DNA of 64,000 nt from Cyanobacteria bacterium auto_48_18 (GTDB taxonomy: Bacteria; Cyanobacteriota; Vampirovibrionia; Obscuribacterales; Obscuribacteraceae), in contig JAVHQC010000022.1 in assembly GCA_036170915.1 (NCBI GenBank), positions 287,420-351,419 of the forward strand, read 5' to 3'. Made by a program: the position numbers and the translations under genes. Below the pieces are notes generated by a model, which saw only the letters and a program-made list of their open reading frames with translations, searched no databases and had not been told where the DNA came from. Position 1 is the first letter of the stretch; every line of letters begins with the position of its first letter. This document shows positions 54,846 to 64,000 of this stretch, piece after piece.

Positions 54846-57005
54846 ATGCAGCCTAATTCACCTACCTCTGTGGCGGGTTATACACCCACGCGCGCTTTTT
54901 CTTGCTTTTCGATTTGTGTTTTAAGTGGCGCGCTAGCGGCCAGCCTGGGTATGCACCCGGCCTTTGCGCTGTTAATGGCACTGTTGCCCTTGCTCTTGCG
55001 TCCGCTCTGCCTGTGGCCCCTCAGGCTGGCTCTGGCGCTAAGTTTGGCATTAGCTTTGAGTTTTGGTTTGACAATGGTGCGCAAAGAACATCATGGGCCT
55101 AATGACGACGACCTTTATTTCTATCAAGGTAGTGGTCGGGTAAAAATTGCAGGCACCATAGAAGAAGTACGTGAGCGCAATGACGGCGACGAGCACACTT
55201 GCGCTCTGGTGGTGTCTGCAGAGCGCCTGGACTATCCAGTCAAGCGTAGTCTGGACGGCAAGGTGTTGGTCAACATTGAGGCTTCAGAAGCGCCTTTGCA
55301 AGATCCATTGCTGCCGGGAGATTGCGTCGAAGTATCCGGCATATTGCGCAAACCCAAAGCAAAGAATTTTTCTTTTGAGTTTGACGAAGCCAGATGGCTT
55401 AGCAGTCAGGGAATTTTTGCCCGCTTAAGTAGCCGTGCTGATGACGTACATGTTCTTGGCTCGAGCAAGTCTATAGATAGCGTCTTTAACCGCACGGTGA
55501 ACGTATTGCGGCGGAGTATTGTCGACGCTCACACCAGGCATCTAGGAGCTGTGGGCGGCGCTCTTTTTTCGTCAATGGTTCTGGGCGATCGGGTTGTGTC
55601 TATTGATCAAGATTTAAAAAAAGAGTTTTCGCGCATTGGTTTGTCGCATTTGCTGGCCGCTTCCGGCCTTAATCTAACCATTATTGTGGCGGCGGCTCTG
55701 GCACTTTGTCGTTTTTTTCAGCGCGGTACTACTGAGGTAAGCTGGCTGCAAACGTGGATTTCCTTTGCCTGCGTTGTTCTCTTTACCTCTTTTGCTGGTG
55801 CCGGCCCGTCTGTTAGTCGAGCAGCGATAATGTGTTTAATTGCATTGTGGGCGCGCCTGGCTTTTGTTAAATTAGCTCATGGCAGTGCACTGGCGGTGGC
55901 TCTTTTGATTGCTCTGGCCCTTGATCCGCTTAGTGTTGCTGATGTGGGCTTGCAGCTGTCATATGGTGCTACATTTGGCATTATCTATATTTATCCTTTG
56001 TTTGAACTGGTCTGGCTCAAACAAATCGAAAATCGTTTGCTTAAAATTATTGCTTCTCTGGTATCGGTAGTAGTGGCAGCGCAAATTGCCGTGTTGCCTA
56101 TTCAGTTGCTGGTGTTTCAGCAGCTTTCCATTCTGGTTTTGCCTGCCAATTTACTGGCAGAGCCTGTGGTGGTGCCACTAACAGTTCTTGGCTTTGTCTC
56201 GTCCCTACTGGCGGCCATTGCTGAACAAACATACGCGCACTCTCCGCAATTAGAACTAGTGACGAAGTTGGCAGCGTCTGGTTGCTTTTGTCTTGACTGG
56301 CTGGCTCAGTTTCCCCTGGCCTGGTTGATGCAAACTGCACATTGCTTAGCGGCGTTACCCATGGCCTCGCTGACAGTGGCCAGGCCGCAGGCTGCCCACG
56401 TGGTTCTTTACTGCGCTTTGCTCATGGGGGTGATGGCTTTTGGCAAGCTACGTCCTCGGCTTGCCTGTGTTCTTCTATTTCTGGCTTTTATTATGTTGAC
56501 GGCGGTTTCTTATATTGAAAGCCCACTCTTAGAGTTTTTCTGTACTGGCCAAGAAGTTGTTGTCAACCGGGGCAACCTGGCTTTTTTCGTCTGGTCGAAA
56601 GAGCCGGGCTCTAGTGCCATTAAAAATAGTGATGCGCGCAATTTTATTCGTTATCTCAGTAACCGTGGTGTGCCTCGGGTCAGCCCACCCGGTTTTAACT
56701 CACAAGAAGAATTGACGCTCAAGCCCGAGCATTTACTGGTAAGGCCTGCGTGGCCAATTAAGATATCTCGTTCTGGTAAGCGCAGTGACCCACCAGTGCT
56801 CGAGTTGAGCAGCGTCTGCAAGGGTGTCAATCAGTCATTAACGGTCTTTCCGCCAGGTTATGGCGAGCAAGATTGCCACCTGAACGGCAGGCTGATGACG
56901 CCGTCGTTCATACCCTATTGCCCCTGTGCAATGCCCTTTTGCTTACCTTTGTTTGCAGACAGCGAATGCCAGAAGACCGGCTATTACCTGAGTTTCAGGC
57001 TTTGA
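54846..57005 (+). CDS. comEC: ComEC/Rec2 competence channel protein
   Basis: OB-like DUF4131 region, MVLGD, GLSHLLAASGLN, PSVSRAAIM, GLQLSY.AT, ANL; no metallo-beta-lactamase motif. Confidence 0.85.
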   Translation: MQPNSPTSVAGYTPTRAFSCFSICVLSGALAASLGMHPAFALLMALLPLLLRPLCLWPLRLALALSLALALSFGLTMVRKEHHGPNDDDLYFYQGSGRVKIAGTIEEVRERNDGDEHTCALVVSAERLDYPVKRSLDGKVLVNIEASEAPLQDPLLPGDCVEVSGILRKPKAKNFSFEFDEARWLSSQGIFARLSSRADDVHVLGSSKSIDSVFNRTVNVLRRSIVDAHTRHLGAVGGALFSSMVLGDRVVSIDQDLKKEFSRIGLSHLLAASGLNLTIIVAAALALCRFFQRGTTEVSWLQTWISFACVVLFTSFAGAGPSVSRAAIMCLIALWARLAFVKLAHGSALAVALLIALALDPLSVADVGLQLSYGATFGIIYIYPLFELVWLKQIENRLLKIIASLVSVVVAAQIAVLPIQLLVFQQLSILVLPANLLAEPVVVPLTVLGFVSSLLAAIAEQTYAHSPQLELVTKLAASGCFCLDWLAQFPLAWLMQTAHCLAALPMASLTVARPQAAHVVLYCALLMGVMAFGKLRPRLACVLLFLAFIMLTAVSYIESPLLEFFCTGQEVVVNRGNLAFFVWSKEPGSSAIKNSDARNFIRYLSNRGVPRVSPPGFNSQEELTLKPEHLLVRPAWPIKISRSGKRSDPPVLELSSVCKGVNQSLTVFPPGYGEQDCHLNGRLMTPSFIPYCPCAMPFCLPLFADSECQKTGYYLSFRL

Positions 57006-57079
57006 GAAGTGTCAAAAACATTTTAAGCGTTGCAGGAGGTCTGCCATGTTATGTTATGCAGGCCGTCTTGAAACATTGA

Positions 57080-58336
57080 ATGACTGAAGAACAACGACTT
57101 ATCACAGATCCGCCGCCCCAAGAAGCCGCTACAGCCAAAGCCACCAGTGGTGGTGCTGAGATGTACTGGCCTCAACTTGATGGTATACGTTCTCTGGCTT
57201 TTATTCTTGTGTTTGTGCACCATGTGGGAAAGATTCCTCAGGCCCAAAGAGTATTGCCTGACGTTATTTTGAAAGTGGTAGACACAATCAGTGCCTGGGG
57301 CTGGATTGGCGTCGATATTTTCTTCACACTGAGCGGATTTCTCATCACTCATCTTTTGTTGGCAGAGAAAAAACAGTTCAATAGTATCTCTTTTAAATTG
57401 TTTTTTGCCAGGAGGGCACTGCGCATCTGGCCTGTTTACTATTTGCTTTTGTTTTTTGCCATTATTCTTGTACCTGTGCTGCACTGGCAAAGTCTCAATT
57501 TGAAACTTTATGGAGAATTTTTATTCAAGCAAGGCTTGCCCTTGGCACTGTTCTGCGGCAATATCAGCATGGCTTTTCCTTCGGTGATGATTAAGTTCAT
57601 GAAACCGCCAGATGTTTTCTTGTTGCTGCCCACATGGTCACTGGCGGTGGAAGAGCAATTTTATTTGACATGGCCATTTTTGCTCAAAATATTACCGACT
57701 CCAAAAGCAATTTACCGCCTTATATTGGCTCTAACAGTTTTGTCTCTGGCCGCTAGAGCCGTGCTCTGGTACCTCTCCCATTACGTCGTGCACATGACTT
57801 ATCCAGTTAGCCTCTATTACTATTTTACTCTCTCGCATCTGGAACCACTGATGGCAGGCGCCGTCTGCGCCGTAACCATTTCTTATTTTCCTGAGTTTAA
57901 AGAGAAAATAGCAAAATTCAAGAACTATATTTTTGTTGCTCTGGGTCTCCTTATTCTCCTTTGTACTCTGGTTTTCCCAGAGATTTCTAAGAACAGTTAC
58001 CTGAATATTTTCATGTTCAGCTGCGTGGCCATGGGTTGTCTGCTTTTTCTCATTAGCGCTCTGGTATCACCTGTAGTGGCGAAAGTTTTCAGTAATAAAA
58101 TTCTTGCCTCTTTCGGAAAGCTTACTTATGCCATGTATCTTGTGCATATGTATTTTATTTCTCTAGCAGAAATATGGCTGCAGGAAATTTTCAAAGTGCC
58201 GCTGACCTCGCCGTTTTTCTGGCTGCTTAAATTTAGTCTGGCTTTATTGCTCAGTTATAGCTTTGCTTTTGTCAGCTGGCATCTATTAGAAAGTAGATTT
58301 TTAAAAATGCGCAAGCTTTTCCGGCGGCACGCTTGA
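57080..58336 (+). CDS. acyltransferase family 3 O-acyltransferase
   Basis: YWPQLDGIR, GVDIFF.LSGFLIT, RRALRIWP, WSLAVEEQFY. Confidence 0.88.
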   Translation: MTEEQRLITDPPPQEAATAKATSGGAEMYWPQLDGIRSLAFILVFVHHVGKIPQAQRVLPDVILKVVDTISAWGWIGVDIFFTLSGFLITHLLLAEKKQFNSISFKLFFARRALRIWPVYYLLLFFAIILVPVLHWQSLNLKLYGEFLFKQGLPLALFCGNISMAFPSVMIKFMKPPDVFLLLPTWSLAVEEQFYLTWPFLLKILPTPKAIYRLILALTVLSLAARAVLWYLSHYVVHMTYPVSLYYYFTLSHLEPLMAGAVCAVTISYFPEFKEKIAKFKNYIFVALGLLILLCTLVFPEISKNSYLNIFMFSCVAMGCLLFLISALVSPVVAKVFSNKILASFGKLTYAMYLVHMYFISLAEIWLQEIFKVPLTSPFFWLLKFSLALLLSYSFAFVSWHLLESRFLKMRKLFRRHA

Positions 58337-59343
58337 TGAATAGTAAGAGTGTAAAACTGGCTCTATATCTAACCGTGCTGCTAACTCTATTTCTTAGCAC
58401 GGCAAATGTTTTCGCTGCGCCGACCGCACAGCCGGCGGCGAATTCTAAAATGCGCAAGCTGGTCTTTCCCAGCCAATTTTCTCTCGGCCGTGTTTACGTC
58501 TATAAAGATCCCGTAGATCCGCATCATTATCCGGACAGCAAAATGGTCGCCGAGGGGCTCGGCCGCTTTGTTGGAGAGGCCAAAGGCACTCTGTCAGTCA
58601 AAGTTCCTGAGCAGGGTGTAGTCTACCTGGTGGCATCTTTTCAGTTAACCGAGCAGCCTGACGTATTGAGACGGCTGGATGCCAATGTGGTTGATTGCTT
58701 GAGTTTTGGTGGCACAGGCATTATGTCCGACCTGGCTACATCATTTAAACCGTTATCGCATTTGACCGGCCTGCGTCATCTTGAATTGTCCATGTGTGAG
58801 GTAACAGACGACTCTTTAGCACCGCTCAGGTCTTTGATTAATCTGGAGCGGTTAACCTGCTTTATGACCGGGATTAACGGCACCTGCTTTAAAGATTTTT
58901 CTGATATGCGCAAACTTACCTATCTCGATTTGTCCGCCAATATCCTTGATAGTAAGACCTATGGCTATTTAAGCAAGCTTCAAAACCTCGAGGCGCTTCA
59001 CCTGAGGCGCTGCGGCGTCAAAGACAGCAACATGAAAGAGATCTGTAGCTTGCAGAAAGTAAAATTTCTCAGTCTCTCCCAGGCTCTGGTGACAGGAAAA
59101 GGGCTCGCTCTTCTTAAGAATATGAAGTCATTGCGCCATCTTGCGCTCAACGACACCAAACTGGCCACCAGCGACCTGCTTATGCTTAAGGGCACACACC
59201 TGCATACCCTCAAACTCCCACTGCCTGCCTACAGTAAAGACGACATGCGTCTACTTCAAAAAGCTCTTCCCGGCACTAAGCTTATTTGCCGAGATGGAAA
59301 AGTTAGCGACTACGAGAAAACTTTATACGGGCCTTTGCATTAG
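58336..59343 (+). CDS. secreted leucine-rich-repeat protein
   Basis: Signal peptide ending ANVFA/A; repeated LxxLxL (LRHLELS, LTYLDLS, LEALHLR, LRHLALN); TGATG coupling to the upstream gene. Confidence 0.82.
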   Translation: MNSKSVKLALYLTVLLTLFLSTANVFAAPTAQPAANSKMRKLVFPSQFSLGRVYVYKDPVDPHHYPDSKMVAEGLGRFVGEAKGTLSVKVPEQGVVYLVASFQLTEQPDVLRRLDANVVDCLSFGGTGIMSDLATSFKPLSHLTGLRHLELSMCEVTDDSLAPLRSLINLERLTCFMTGINGTCFKDFSDMRKLTYLDLSANILDSKTYGYLSKLQNLEALHLRRCGVKDSNMKEICSLQKVKFLSLSQALVTGKGLALLKNMKSLRHLALNDTKLATSDLLMLKGTHLHTLKLPLPAYSKDDMRLLQKALPGTKLICRDGKVSDYEKTLYGPLH

Positions 59344-59353
59344 CAATACCTTT

Positions 59354-60742
59354 TTATCGACCGCTTTTCACTTCGTCGATTTCATTGAAGCGATAATTGA
59401 AAGTGTACCGAACATCAAGGTAACCAGCTTTAACTTCTTTTGGTAGCGGTTGAAATGGAAATGCTTTGGTGATGGCGGCTACGGCTGCCGATTCTGCCTC
59501 ATGGTCAACCTCGCCCTCATGGGGCAATGCGGTGGTGCTTACGAGAGTACCGTTGGCTTTAATGCGAAATTGAATTATGGCCAGGCGATTTAAACCGCGT
59601 GGCGGAATCCAGAAACTTTTCACCCGGCGGTTGAGCAATTTTAAATAAGCGTGCAGGTCACTAGCTGCGCCGGCACCACCGGCGGAGCGCCCTCCTGATT
59701 GAGTGCGTAAAGTGGCGTCGCCATCATTATCTATAGACTCGATCATGTCTACCGGTCTGGTTTCTGACAGATATGCTTGACCCTGATTGCGATAATCGGC
59801 CGATTTGACAGTGGGGTGCTCAAGGGCCGCGCTGGCAGAATAAGTGGCGAAGTCTACTGATTTATCTCTGTCTTGTGCCACCACTACTGTTTTCCAGTTG
59901 CTCGGTGCCTTAAAAGTCAGTGGAATTTTTCTTCCTGGAATTTCGGTAGTTTCCGTCATTCCCATCATGGCCATTTTTTCCATCTGTGACAGTGGCCTGG
60001 TGGGCTGCTTTTCTGGTTCTCTGATAGGACTTTTGGCAGGTTCATCTCCAGGTTTCTTGACAGGTTCTTTAACCGGTGTTTTAGACGGTTGGTTGACAGG
60101 CTCTTTAACTGGCTCTTTCAGGGGTTCTTCCGCCCTAATAATCGGCGTGGGGCGAACAGGCGCACCAGCTAAATTTTCGCTCGGTGCTGTAATCTGATCA
60201 GCGCTACGCTTTTTTATAGCCGTTTCGACACTGGTGGCTGGTAGTAGATCGTGGTGGTCGACCGCGTCTTTGGGAGATACCAGTTCAATGTCGACAACTT
60301 GCCTGTTGACCACAGGTTTGTGCAAACGAGTGAAGTCGAGTTGAAGCAGAACAATTGCAGCCAGGAGCACCGCCGATGATACCGAAATAGTTAGAGCCGC
60401 CAGCTCCGTAATGTTGGTTTCAGAAAGATCTGAGGGTGTTGCATCGCTGGATAGACGATATTTTAGTTCTTCAATGAGGCCAAGTAAGCGTGAAAGGGAA
60501 TAGAGCAGCAGTAGCATGAGCACCACCGACCAGGCGATAGACTGGGTGGTGCTGTCTGTTAAGACCAGGCAAATAAGCCAGGTGGCGCTCACTCCGCACA
60601 ATAAAATATGTGCCCTGGCCTGCCGCTTCAGTTTAATGGTGCTGGTTGACTGTGCTAAAAGACGCGCCAGAGTGGAGGCACCACTGGTAGTGCCTAAAAA
60701 TTCATCTACCAAAAATTCGTCTGCTAAAAGCGACTTTGCCAC
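59354..60742 (-). CDS. TonB/TolA C-terminal-domain protein with Pro-rich linker
   Basis: Three N-terminal hydrophobic segments, EPVK-like repeats, C-terminal Y...L..RVK..W.PP...F.I..NG...PFQPLP. Confidence 0.72.
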   Translation of the reverse strand: MAKSLLADEFLVDEFLGTTSGASTLARLLAQSTSTIKLKRQARAHILLCGVSATWLICLVLTDSTTQSIAWSVVLMLLLLYSLSRLLGLIEELKYRLSSDATPSDLSETNITELAALTISVSSAVLLAAIVLLQLDFTRLHKPVVNRQVVDIELVSPKDAVDHHDLLPATSVETAIKKRSADQITAPSENLAGAPVRPTPIIRAEEPLKEPVKEPVNQPSKTPVKEPVKKPGDEPAKSPIREPEKQPTRPLSQMEKMAMMGMTETTEIPGRKIPLTFKAPSNWKTVVVAQDRDKSVDFATYSASAALEHPTVKSADYRNQGQAYLSETRPVDMIESIDNDGDATLRTQSGGRSAGGAGAASDLHAYLKLLNRRVKSFWIPPRGLNRLAIIQFRIKANGTLVSTTALPHEGEVDHEAESAAVAAITKAFPFQPLPKEVKAGYLDVRYTFNYRFNEIDEVKSGR

Positions 60743-60759
60743 TTATGACTCTCGGTTAA

Positions 60760-60797
60760 AGCAACAAGGCCCCATGTTATCATGAGGCCCTGTTGCT
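60760..60797 (-). terminator. hairpin downstream of the AAA ATPase gene
   Basis: Minus strand AGCAACAGGGCCTCATG-ATAA-CATGGGGCCTTGTTGCT, followed by a short T tract. Confidence 0.55.
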
Positions 60798-60851
60798 AAA
60801 TGGTGAGTAGCGTCTAATTTAGCTTTTGGCTAACTAGCTTTCGATTACTGA

Positions 60852-62135
60852 TTATTTGCCCATTGCGGCGAAGTAAACAGCGCAAGCGTGGTCCAGATAC
60901 TCTCTTGAGAGTCTGGGGTCGGTTTGCAAGAACGCACAGAGGTTAATAACCTGGTCAACGATGTCGCGTGGGTGGCAGCAACGCATCATGCGCTTACCGC
61001 TTCTGTATTGCGACTCAATCAGGTAGTTCACAGCTTCTTCATTGTATGGAACGCCGGTGCGCTGGCAATACTGCAAGAAGATCCATTTGAATTCGTCTTC
61101 AGTTGGATTGGTGATGTTGATCTTGTAAGGAATACGTCTCAGGAACGCTTCGTCAACAAGGTCGGCTGGGTTCAAGTTTGTGGAGAAGACGATCAACTGT
61201 TCAAACGGCACTTCCAGTTTTTTACCGGTGTGCAGTGTCAGGTAGTCAACACGCTTTTCTAAAGGCACAATCCATCTATTCAAAAGTGATTTGTGGTCGA
61301 TTCTCTGGCGGCCAAAGTCATCGATCAGAAGCAAACCGCAGTTGCTCTTAAGTTGAATGGGCGCTTCGTACAGCTTGGTACCATAGTCGAACTGTAGTTC
61401 GAGCATATCAATCGTCAACTCACCACCCACCACTACGCAAGGGCGCTGAATGCGAACCCAGCGGTGGTCGTAGTCTCTTGGATAGTTGGCTGCAGATACC
61501 TGTTCGTGGTTGTGGTTATCGTATACGCGGATGATCTGACCGTCGATTTCAACTGCGTAAGGAATGAAGATGTGGCCTTTGAAGGAGCGCACAATTCTTT
61601 CTGCAATGGAGGTCTTGCCATTGCCGGCTTCACCAAAGAGGAACATCCCGCGGCCGGAGTTAATAGCTGGACCAACGGCGTTAATGGTTCGACGGTTGAC
61701 CATGATGTCTGAGAAAGCAACTTCAAGGTCACGAGGAGTGACATGCTCGCGGCGAATGGTCTGATATTTCAAAGAGTCGATGTAACGGCTCCATGGCACA
61801 GGACATGCGCCAACATAAGCGTTGTGGTCGAAGTAAGCGCGGGCTCTGTCGCGGCCTTTTTCTGTTGGAGTGTATTCGTAGTCAGCTAGACCACCTGAAC
61901 TTTTCACTTCAATCAGCAATTGCTTTTTCAGTACTTCAAGAATTTCTTCGATAATCTTGAATGGAAGCATGGTCCTTGAGGCGATTTCGCGACCCAGGGC
62001 AAAGTTAACCATGTAAATGTCTTTGAGAATCAGCTCTTCTAAAAAGCCTTCTTTCATGCCGGTTTCGGCGATGGTTGAAGGGTATGGAGGAACGAACTCT
62101 TGTTGCTGCTGCGCTCCGGTTCTTACCTGTTGCAT
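60852..62135 (-). CDS. AAA+ ATPase with N-terminal winged-helix-like region
   Basis: Walker A GEAGNGKT, Walker B LLIDDFGR, FSTNL, DEAFLRRI. Confidence 0.85.
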   Translation of the reverse strand: MQQVRTGAQQQQEFVPPYPSTIAETGMKEGFLEELILKDIYMVNFALGREIASRTMLPFKIIEEILEVLKKQLLIEVKSSGGLADYEYTPTEKGRDRARAYFDHNAYVGACPVPWSRYIDSLKYQTIRREHVTPRDLEVAFSDIMVNRRTINAVGPAINSGRGMFLFGEAGNGKTSIAERIVRSFKGHIFIPYAVEIDGQIIRVYDNHNHEQVSAANYPRDYDHRWVRIQRPCVVVGGELTIDMLELQFDYGTKLYEAPIQLKSNCGLLLIDDFGRQRIDHKSLLNRWIVPLEKRVDYLTLHTGKKLEVPFEQLIVFSTNLNPADLVDEAFLRRIPYKINITNPTEDEFKWIFLQYCQRTGVPYNEEAVNYLIESQYRSGKRMMRCCHPRDIVDQVINLCAFLQTDPRLSREYLDHACAVYFAAMGK

Positions 62136-62369
62136 TTCTTTTCTCTTTTTAGCCTCGTAGAGCCAATCGTTGTCGCCATCAGCCGTTTTTAGAGCCGAAG
62201 GTATTTTTTCGTTTCGCCCGCGATTGTCGCGATAACCTGGCGATCAGCTCGTGGTGGTGTTTTCGTTCGTCTCTTGGAAACGCACTGTTAAACACACACT
62301 TTTAGAGCGTATCGTGCAAGTATACTCACTTTAGCGCGTTCAGACAGTTTCTACTAGCTCTTGGCAGCA

Positions 62370-64000
62370 TTATTTGCGGCCTTTAGTATGGGCAAGGCTC
62401 TTAATATGTGCCGACATCTGGGTCAATTCATCCAGTCGATCATCGCCGCCAAATCTATCTTCGCAATATATTTCCATAAACTGGCTCACCACGCCGGGCA
62501 GCTTTTCAGGAATATAGGCACCGGTTTCGGCTAGCTCGGCGAAGCGATCGCTCAATCGCAGAGTCAATTCATCAGCGGTTTCGGTGGGATGTTTAAGCAA
62601 TTCGTAACGCTTTAATTCTGTCAACACATCAAGGAAAATCAAGGTGGATGGTTTGTGCGTCTGCATAAAGTCTTTTAGTTGCGCTTCTTTACGCTGCCTC
62701 AAGTAGACGAATAAAACCACCAGCAAAATCAGAGTAGCGATCACCACCACGCTATATTTCAGAATTTGTTGCATGGTTCCCTGGTCAACTGTGCCAAGCA
62801 CCGGCAGCTGCATTTTCTGATTTTTGCTTTTGTCAGTGTCAAGATTCCAGAAGTCGTTCTTCTTCTGCTCTTTATCTCCCTCTTTGCCTTGCTCGCCATT
62901 TTGTGAGCCGGCAGTTTTCTTGCTTTTTCGGGAAGCTGCATAGCTCTGTCCGAAAGGGTTGGCTAGACCGCTCCTGATGAAGCGGCTGAGAGCATTGCCG
63001 CCTTCTTCGTGGGCCGGTAACTGGCCACCAGGGGTGGCATCAAATGGCACCCAGTTCCAGTAGGGCAAATAAATTTCAGCCCAGACGTGGCTGTTTTTGC
63101 CTTTAATTTCGTAAAAACCTGTGGTTTTGTTCAGCTCCCCAGGGGTGAATCCGGTCACCAGGCGGGTAGGAATGCCCTGGGCGCGGCAAAGCAGAGCAAA
63201 AGCGGTGGCAAACTGTCGGCAGTCGCCTTGTTTATTCACGAAGAGAAAATCTTCCGCCAAATTACCCTCTGTTTTTTTCGCTTCGGTCTCTGTCTCCGCG
63301 ACGCTCTTCTCGGTAAAACTGGTGGTGTTGTATTTGTAATTTTTACGCAGATGTTCGGCGATGCGATCTGCTTTTAAGAACCAGTTGCCTTCTGCTCCTG
63401 TAATTTCTAAAGAGAGTTTTTCAATCTTGTCTGAAGTGGCATCACTGGCCCTTGCGAGGCAACTTTTTGCCAGCTTAATTTCACTGTCGCGTTCTTCACC
63501 CACTTGTTCAATAGTTTCAGGAGGCAACCGGCGCATTTGTTCAAAGTCATACACAGGTATTTGCGATGTGACGCTGAAGCTCGATCCTTGATTCAGGGCC
63601 TGAGGCAGTTTGATGGCACCATCACCATCAATTTTGATCTCTTCGCGCGCATCTTTTTTGTTTGAGCCTTCGCTTTCGCCTTTAATTTTGACCAGCTGTG
63701 GAATCCAGCTATGGGGCAAAATGTGGCCGAATACATTGTCTTTCTCAATGCGAAAATCTTGTTTCACTTCCAGTGTAGGCAGATTTGGCGGCACGTAAAC
63801 CGCGTCGCTGGCAGTGAGGTCGAAGCCTAATTTATCTGTAGGTCCGTTGGCGATATCTGTGGGATTAACCGGATAAGAGCGCGACCATTTCAGTCCGTCA
63901 AAATTGTTTAGCGTATACCTTCTGACGTATGTAGGCTGAGGCGAAGCGACTTTTAAAACCACAGTTTCAAGCTGGCTGGCGCTGCCGTCTAAGTCAACAG
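62370..64000 (-). CDS. transglutaminase-like membrane protein (TgpA-type), 5' end outside window
   Basis: Catalytic triad GDCRQFA, HVWAE, FDATP; C-terminal TM plus ETADE motif; frame stays open to the window edge. Confidence 0.85.
   Translation of the reverse strand, partial: VDLDGSASQLETVVLKVASPQPTYVRRYTLNNFDGLKWSRSYPVNPTDIANGPTDKLGFDLTASDAVYVPPNLPTLEVKQDFRIEKDNVFGHILPHSWIPQLVKIKGESEGSNKKDAREEIKIDGDGAIKLPQALNQGSSFSVTSQIPVYDFEQMRRLPPETIEQVGEERDSEIKLAKSCLARASDATSDKIEKLSLEITGAEGNWFLKADRIAEHLRKNYKYNTTSFTEKSVAETETEAKKTEGNLAEDFLFVNKQGDCRQFATAFALLCRAQGIPTRLVTGFTPGELNKTTGFYEIKGKNSHVWAEIYLPYWNWVPFDATPGGQLPAHEEGGNALSRFIRSGLANPFGQSYAASRKSKKTAGSQNGEQGKEGDKEQKKNDFWNLDTDKSKNQKMQLPVLGTVDQGTMQQILKYSVVVIATLILLVVLFVYLRQRKEAQLKDFMQTHKPSTLIFLDVLTELKRYELLKHPTETADELTLRLSDRFAELAETGAYIPEKLPGVVSQFMEIYCEDRFGGDDRLDELTQMSAHIKSLAHTKGRK

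Overview
Gene-dense bacterial chromosomal window. The protein repertoire (secreted LRR protein, kinesin-like TPR protein, DUF1574-like SGNH protein, large orphan helical protein, class II RNR) suggests a non-photosynthetic Cyanobacteriota relative (Vampirovibrionia/'Melainabacteria', Obscuribacterales-like); this is an unverified inference. Bases ~0.4-31.2 kb are a mosaic surface-glycan biosynthesis and tailoring locus. It holds an AsnB-like amidotransferase, two WbqC proteins, an RmlB-like enzyme with an atypical active-site motif, two sugar aminotransferases, a GT41 (OGT/SPINDLY-like) transferase, an ACP/FabG/adenylation-enzyme module, three methyltransferases, several acyl/acetyltransferases, two ArnC/GtrB-like GT2 enzymes and three paralogous multi-pass membrane proteins sharing an N-terminal NDD motif (candidate GT-C transferases). 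No flippase, polymerase or MBOAT is recognisable in the window. Bases ~31.3-64 kb hold housekeeping and accessory genes: rplI, xseAB, a bacterioferritin-like gene, hutI, an aldo/keto reductase, an FNR, nrdJ, dcd, a photolyase, comEC, a TonB-like gene, an AAA ATPase and a transglutaminase-like gene. This half also has a RES-Xre toxin-antitoxin pair with visible operators, an orphan DUF2442 gene, a degenerate PD-(D/E)XK-like gene behind a structured leader, and several unexplained intergenic palindromes and repeats. No tRNA, rRNA, CRISPR array or transposase was seen. All calls are by eye from motifs; no searches were run.
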